This document shows positions 60,036-64,000 of a DNA stretch of 64,000 nucleotides, piece by piece; the first letter of the stretch is position 1, and each line of letters begins with the position of its first letter. The stretch is taken from positions 1-64,000 of the forward strand of contig JAITVV010000095.1 in the NCBI GenBank assembly GCA_031285625.1, read 5' to 3'. Origin of the DNA: Prevotella sp. GTDB taxonomy: Bacteria > Bacteroidota > Bacteroidia > Bacteroidales > Dysgonomonadaceae. The position numbers and the translations under genes were made by a program. A model generated the notes under the pieces. The model was not told the origin of the DNA. It saw only the letters and a program-made list of their open reading frames with translations, and ran no database searches.

Positions 60036-60076
60036 AATCAATCTTTTAAATTATAATTAAACACTCTCTTTTATTC

Positions 60077-61171
60077 TTACTTATATTCAGTATACCATGT
60101 ATACATCTTTTTTAAACCATCTTCTATATTGATACTGTGTTTCCAGCCTAAAGAATTAAGTTTCGACACATCAGATAATTTTCGCATAGTACCATCAGGT
60201 TTATCTGTATTAAACCATAATTGCCCAGAAAATCCAACTATTTCCTTAATCAAATCAGCAACATTTTTTATCGAAATTTCAATACCAGTACCAATATTAA
60301 TGTGGGTATTGCGAATTTCCTTATCTTGTATAACATCAGTTAAGTCCAAAAAGTTTACTGATTCCATCACAAAAACGGTTGCATCACCCATTTCCTGACT
60401 CCACAGGAATTCTCTCATCGGTTTTCCAGATCCCCATAATTCAACCTGAACTGTGTCCCCTAACTTTTTCACTCCATATTTACTAAGTACATCAAGTATC
60501 TGGGATTCGGAAGAATTACCTGAAACATCCTCAATAGGACGAACATTTAGATCTTTCTTAATAATATTCCATGCATTCGTTTCTAAACATTTTCCTAAAT
60601 GAATTTTACGAAGCATCGCGGGCAATACATGCGAAGTTTCCAGGTTGAAATTATCATTTGGGCCATATAAATTTGTCGGCATTACAGCTATAAAATTAGT
60701 CCCATACTGGAGATTATAGCTCTCACACATTTTCAGACCTGAAATTTTTGCTATCGCATAAGGCTCGTTTGTATATTCTAAAGGCCCTGTCAACAAAGCA
60801 TTTTCATTCATTGGCTGAGGTGCCTCTTTAGGGTATATACAAGAACTCCCCAAAAATACTAATTTTTTCACTTTATTCACATATGATTGATGAATAACAT
60901 TGCTTTGTATCATCAAATTCTCATATATAAATTGTCCTCTATATGTATTATTAGCCACAATACCACCAACCTTTGCTGCTGCAAGAAATACATATTCCGG
61001 CTTTTCTTTTTCAAAAAAATCAGCAACAGCCACTTGATCCATAAGGTCAAGTTCTTTGTGGGTTCTTAATACAAAATTCGAATACCCTTTATCCTCAAGA
61101 CTTTTAAGAATCGCAGAACCAACCAAACCTCTGTGGCCAGCTATAAATATTTTAGCGTCCTTTTTTATCAT
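60077..61171 (-). CDS. fcl: GDP-L-fucose synthase
   Basis: GHRGLVG; AAAKVGGI; GSSCIYP; YAIAK; SHVLPA. Confidence 0.95.
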   Translation of the reverse strand: MIKKDAKIFIAGHRGLVGSAILKSLEDKGYSNFVLRTHKELDLMDQVAVADFFEKEKPEYVFLAAAKVGGIVANNTYRGQFIYENLMIQSNVIHQSYVNKVKKLVFLGSSCIYPKEAPQPMNENALLTGPLEYTNEPYAIAKISGLKMCESYNLQYGTNFIAVMPTNLYGPNDNFNLETSHVLPAMLRKIHLGKCLETNAWNIIKKDLNVRPIEDVSGNSSESQILDVLSKYGVKKLGDTVQVELWGSGKPMREFLWSQEMGDATVFVMESVNFLDLTDVIQDKEIRNTHINIGTGIEISIKNVADLIKEIVGFSGQLWFNTDKPDGTMRKLSDVSKLNSLGWKHSINIEDGLKKMYTWYTEYK

Positions 61172-61186
61172 TAATTTTTAATCTCC

Positions 61187-62338
61187 TTACTCAAAATAGT
61201 TAAGAATCCGATAACCTCCGTTTTTAAGGAATTCTTCTTTCTTCATCAACTCAACATCGTGAATAACCATATCATTACATAGTGCTTTCAGATCATATGT
61301 TGGTTCCCATCCTAGTTTTGTTCTGGCTTTTGTATTATCTCCTATCAGAATATCAACTTCTGTTGGGCGGAAATAAGCAGGATCTACACCTACTACAGCT
61401 TCCCCTATCCTTTTCTTCAAATCCGGAAAATGCTCAGAACCTACAACTTTAGAGAATATTTCTTCATTTACTGAAGATATGAAACCTTGTTCATTTTCAT
61501 TCTCACCTTTAAACTCAACATCAACTCCAACTTCTGCAAATGACATTTTTATAAAATCACGGATAGTTGTAGTCACTCCTGTTGATATAACATAATCATC
61601 AGGTGTTTCTTGCTGTAAGACAAGGTACATTGCCTTTATATAGTCTTTTGCATGCCCCCAGTCTCTTTTACTAGAGAGGTTACCCATAAAGACTTTATCT
61701 TGTAATCCAAGTGCAATACGAGCAACAGCTCTTGTTACTTTTCTGGTTACAAATGTCTCCCCTCTTAATGGAGATTCATGATTAAACAATATTCCATTGC
61801 TTGCATGCATACCATATGCTTCCCTATAATTAACTGTTATCCAGTAAGCATACAATTTTGCTACAGCATAAGGACTTCTCGGATAAAATGGAGTGGTTTC
61901 TTTTTGAGGAATCTCTTGTACCAATCCATATAATTCAGAAGTCGAAGCCTGATATATTCTGGTTTTCTTTGTTAAATTTAACAAACGTACAGCCTCAAGC
62001 ACACGGAGCGTGCCTATACCATCAGCATTAGCAGTATACTCAGGTGTATCAAAGCTAACCTTTACATGGCTCATTGCAGCCAAATTATATATTTCGTCTG
62101 GCTGAACATCCCCTATTATACGCGTCAAGTTCATACTATCTGTCATATCTCCATAATGAAGAATCATATTCCTATTTTCATCATGTGGATCTTGATATAA
62201 ATGATCTATACGGTCTGTGTTAAACAATGATGATCTTCTCTTCAGACCATGTACCGTATATCCTTTTTTTATCAAATATTCAGACAGATAAGCTCCATCT
62301 TGTCCTGTAACGCCTGTGATGAGTGCTATTTTACTCAT
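61187..62338 (-). CDS. gmd: GDP-mannose 4,6-dehydratase
   Basis: GVTGQDG; QASTSE; SPYAVAK; [15 protein letters not shown]; RDWGHA. Confidence 0.96.
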   Translation of the reverse strand: MSKIALITGVTGQDGAYLSEYLIKKGYTVHGLKRRSSLFNTDRIDHLYQDPHDENRNMILHYGDMTDSMNLTRIIGDVQPDEIYNLAAMSHVKVSFDTPEYTANADGIGTLRVLEAVRLLNLTKKTRIYQASTSELYGLVQEIPQKETTPFYPRSPYAVAKLYAYWITVNYREAYGMHASNGILFNHESPLRGETFVTRKVTRAVARIALGLQDKVFMGNLSSKRDWGHAKDYIKAMYLVLQQETPDDYVISTGVTTTIRDFIKMSFAEVGVDVEFKGENENEQGFISSVNEEIFSKVVGSEHFPDLKKRIGEAVVGVDPAYFRPTEVDILIGDNTKARTKLGWEPTYDLKALCNDMVIHDVELMKKEEFLKNGGYRILNYFE

Positions 62339-62523
62339 AAATTCACTTAATAAAACCTTATTAAGATTTAATGTTAGTTATATTTATTTACATCCATTCT
62401 TGTCCTCTACTTACCGAGTTTACCCTAGTAAGCCAATGAACAGAATAAGCCACAAAGATATATTTTTTTTAACTAAAACAAATAAAAATCTCTTTAAATT
62501 AGCGTTTTCCACTGCATTTTTCT

Positions 62524-63711
62524 CTATAATACTGCATTTGAAAGCATTAATTCTGAAATCTGTGCAAATCGCCTGAGAACTTTCCCTTTTTTATCCAATA
62601 GAAAGAATGTTGGAGTCCCCATTATTCCATAATTCATGAAATTTTTACCAGAATAGCCATTAAAGTCACAAAGCTTATCCATCCATGGAAAATTTTTCAA
62701 ATCCTGTTCGAAAACCTCATTATCATCTCCACCTGATATAGAAATAACTCTAATTTTTTCACTTTCCAATTTGGAATATTCATTTATTAACTGTTTTAAC
62801 TGAATATGACAATTCTCACAATCAGGCTGATAAAATACAATCAGCGCCTTTTCTTCTCCGGCTTCTCCTATAGATTTAGACAATCCCTCAATCTTTGGAG
62901 CCTCCATTCCCTTTCGCACTTTTGCCAAAATAAAAGCTGTATATATTTTATCTTGCGGAACCGGGATTCTTCCAGATTGTTCAACATAAGGTATAATTAT
63001 ATCAAAGGCATCATCCCAACCATATTGCTCTGTTATGGTTATCAAATTATCAACAAGATGCACATAGACTTCATCCGACCTTATTTTTTCTAAAAGTTTA
63101 GTCATGTATTCACCTAATGCTTGCTGATCTCCATTGAGTTTCACTAAAGCATCAATTATATTATACCAGAGGCTACTCGTATACAGAGTTTCAAAACTCA
63201 GATCATTTAATGCGTAAGAACGGATAGCTCCTTTTTCTTTCAAGTTGGGAAACCTTTGTGATATAACTTTATTTAAAGCCTGATTATATCTGATTAATTG
63301 AATAAAACGGGATGCGTATAAAGTTGTATCCTCTTCAGGTATGATTCTGTCCTGAATAATAGAATATAAATACTTATTTTCAGCTGAATTATTAAAAATA
63401 TACTTTCCATCAGCACCTTGTTCTACCGAAAAATCTTCATGATTAACAATCATATTAAAGGCTGATATGTCTTTAATAATCAATCCCCCCATGCCAGCAT
63501 AATCCTTGTAAGTATCCGAAATCCGAACATCTATTTTACCGGTAAAAGGCAAAACGCCCTTTTGGATTGTATCTTGATTTATTCCTTTATGTAAAACAAA
63601 TACATATTCTTTATTTACATGTTGTGGAAGTGTTATAGTAATCTTTTGGGCATTTAGTATAAATGGTATCATTAGTACCGATACCATAAATAACAATCTC
63701 TTACTGCTCAT
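62524..63711 (-). CDS. Secreted thioredoxin-fold (TlpA/peroxiredoxin-like) protein
   Basis: FYQPDCENC; YGIMGTPTFFLLD. Confidence 0.75.
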   Translation of the reverse strand: MSSKRLLFMVSVLMIPFILNAQKITITLPQHVNKEYVFVLHKGINQDTIQKGVLPFTGKIDVRISDTYKDYAGMGGLIIKDISAFNMIVNHEDFSVEQGADGKYIFNNSAENKYLYSIIQDRIIPEEDTTLYASRFIQLIRYNQALNKVISQRFPNLKEKGAIRSYALNDLSFETLYTSSLWYNIIDALVKLNGDQQALGEYMTKLLEKIRSDEVYVHLVDNLITITEQYGWDDAFDIIIPYVEQSGRIPVPQDKIYTAFILAKVRKGMEAPKIEGLSKSIGEAGEEKALIVFYQPDCENCHIQLKQLINEYSKLESEKIRVISISGGDDNEVFEQDLKNFPWMDKLCDFNGYSGKNFMNYGIMGTPTFFLLDKKGKVLRRFAQISELMLSNAVL

Positions 63712-63725
63712 TTTTTTGTCTATAA

Positions 63726-64000
63726 TTATAATAATGGTGAAAACAAACGCATAACCGATTCTTTAAATTTTTCAATTCTTGATCGCTTATCCCATTCTTC
63801 AACAGATAATAACGAAGATTGTTTCATATCCCTGAAAAATATTTCCTGTGCCTTTCTACAGGTTTCTTCACTATAGATAAAAGCATCGATCTCAAAATTA
63901 TGCTCAAAACTACGCATATCCATATTTGCAGAGCCTGTTATTGTCAGTGAATTATCAATAGTCATTAATTTGGAGTGTAGAAAACCTGCTTCGAAGAAAT
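63726..64000 (-). CDS. cls: Cardiolipin synthase, C-terminal part (runs off the window)
   Basis: GFLHSKLMTID (HKD); GSANMDMRSFEHNFE; RLFSPLL. Confidence 0.9.
   Translation of the reverse strand, partial: FFEAGFLHSKLMTIDNSLTITGSANMDMRSFEHNFEIDAFIYSEETCRKAQEIFFRDMKQSSLLSVEEWDKRSRIEKFKESVMRLFSPLL

Noticed and set aside
1-64000. CRISPR array, cas genes, reverse transcriptase or DGR
   Set aside because: No regularly spaced repeat array or RT motif seen; the 101-bp repeat is identical rather than adenine-variable.

Overview
Bacteroidota DNA; gene content and style suggest Dysgonomonas or a related Bacteroidales (inferred, not proven). The window has two parts. (1) 1 to ~32.6 kb is the right arm of a CTnDOT-like integrative element with polymorphic-toxin cargo. 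It holds a five-gene signal-peptide operon (T9SS-CTD protein with a nonsense codon, a YD-repeat protein with no toxin tip, two tail-fibre-like proteins and a DUF6443 RHS protein running off the window). It also holds an HU-like gene and an orphan T6SS tip module: VgrG, a hypothetical protein, a PAAR-like Tox-REase-5 effector and Imm52, followed by a second toxin-tip/immunity cassette behind an exact 101-bp repeat. The element backbone follows: relaxase remnant, DUF3945, an RteR-like sRNA, DUF1896, a 1933-aa methylase/helicase, HTH excisionase-like genes, a split rteC, a DJ-1/PfpI gene with a long structured leader, and tandem tyrosine integrases. (2) ~32.7 to 64 kb is mostly core chromosome: RecD-like helicase, holA, AMP nucleosidase, ROK regulator, Gfo/DUF1080 pair, two tRNA-Asn, TlpA pair, mscS, a GH78 gene bracketed by two near-identical sRNA cassettes, rmuC, msrAB, ompA, fcl, gmd and cls. 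Family assignments come from motif recognition by eye; no searches were run.
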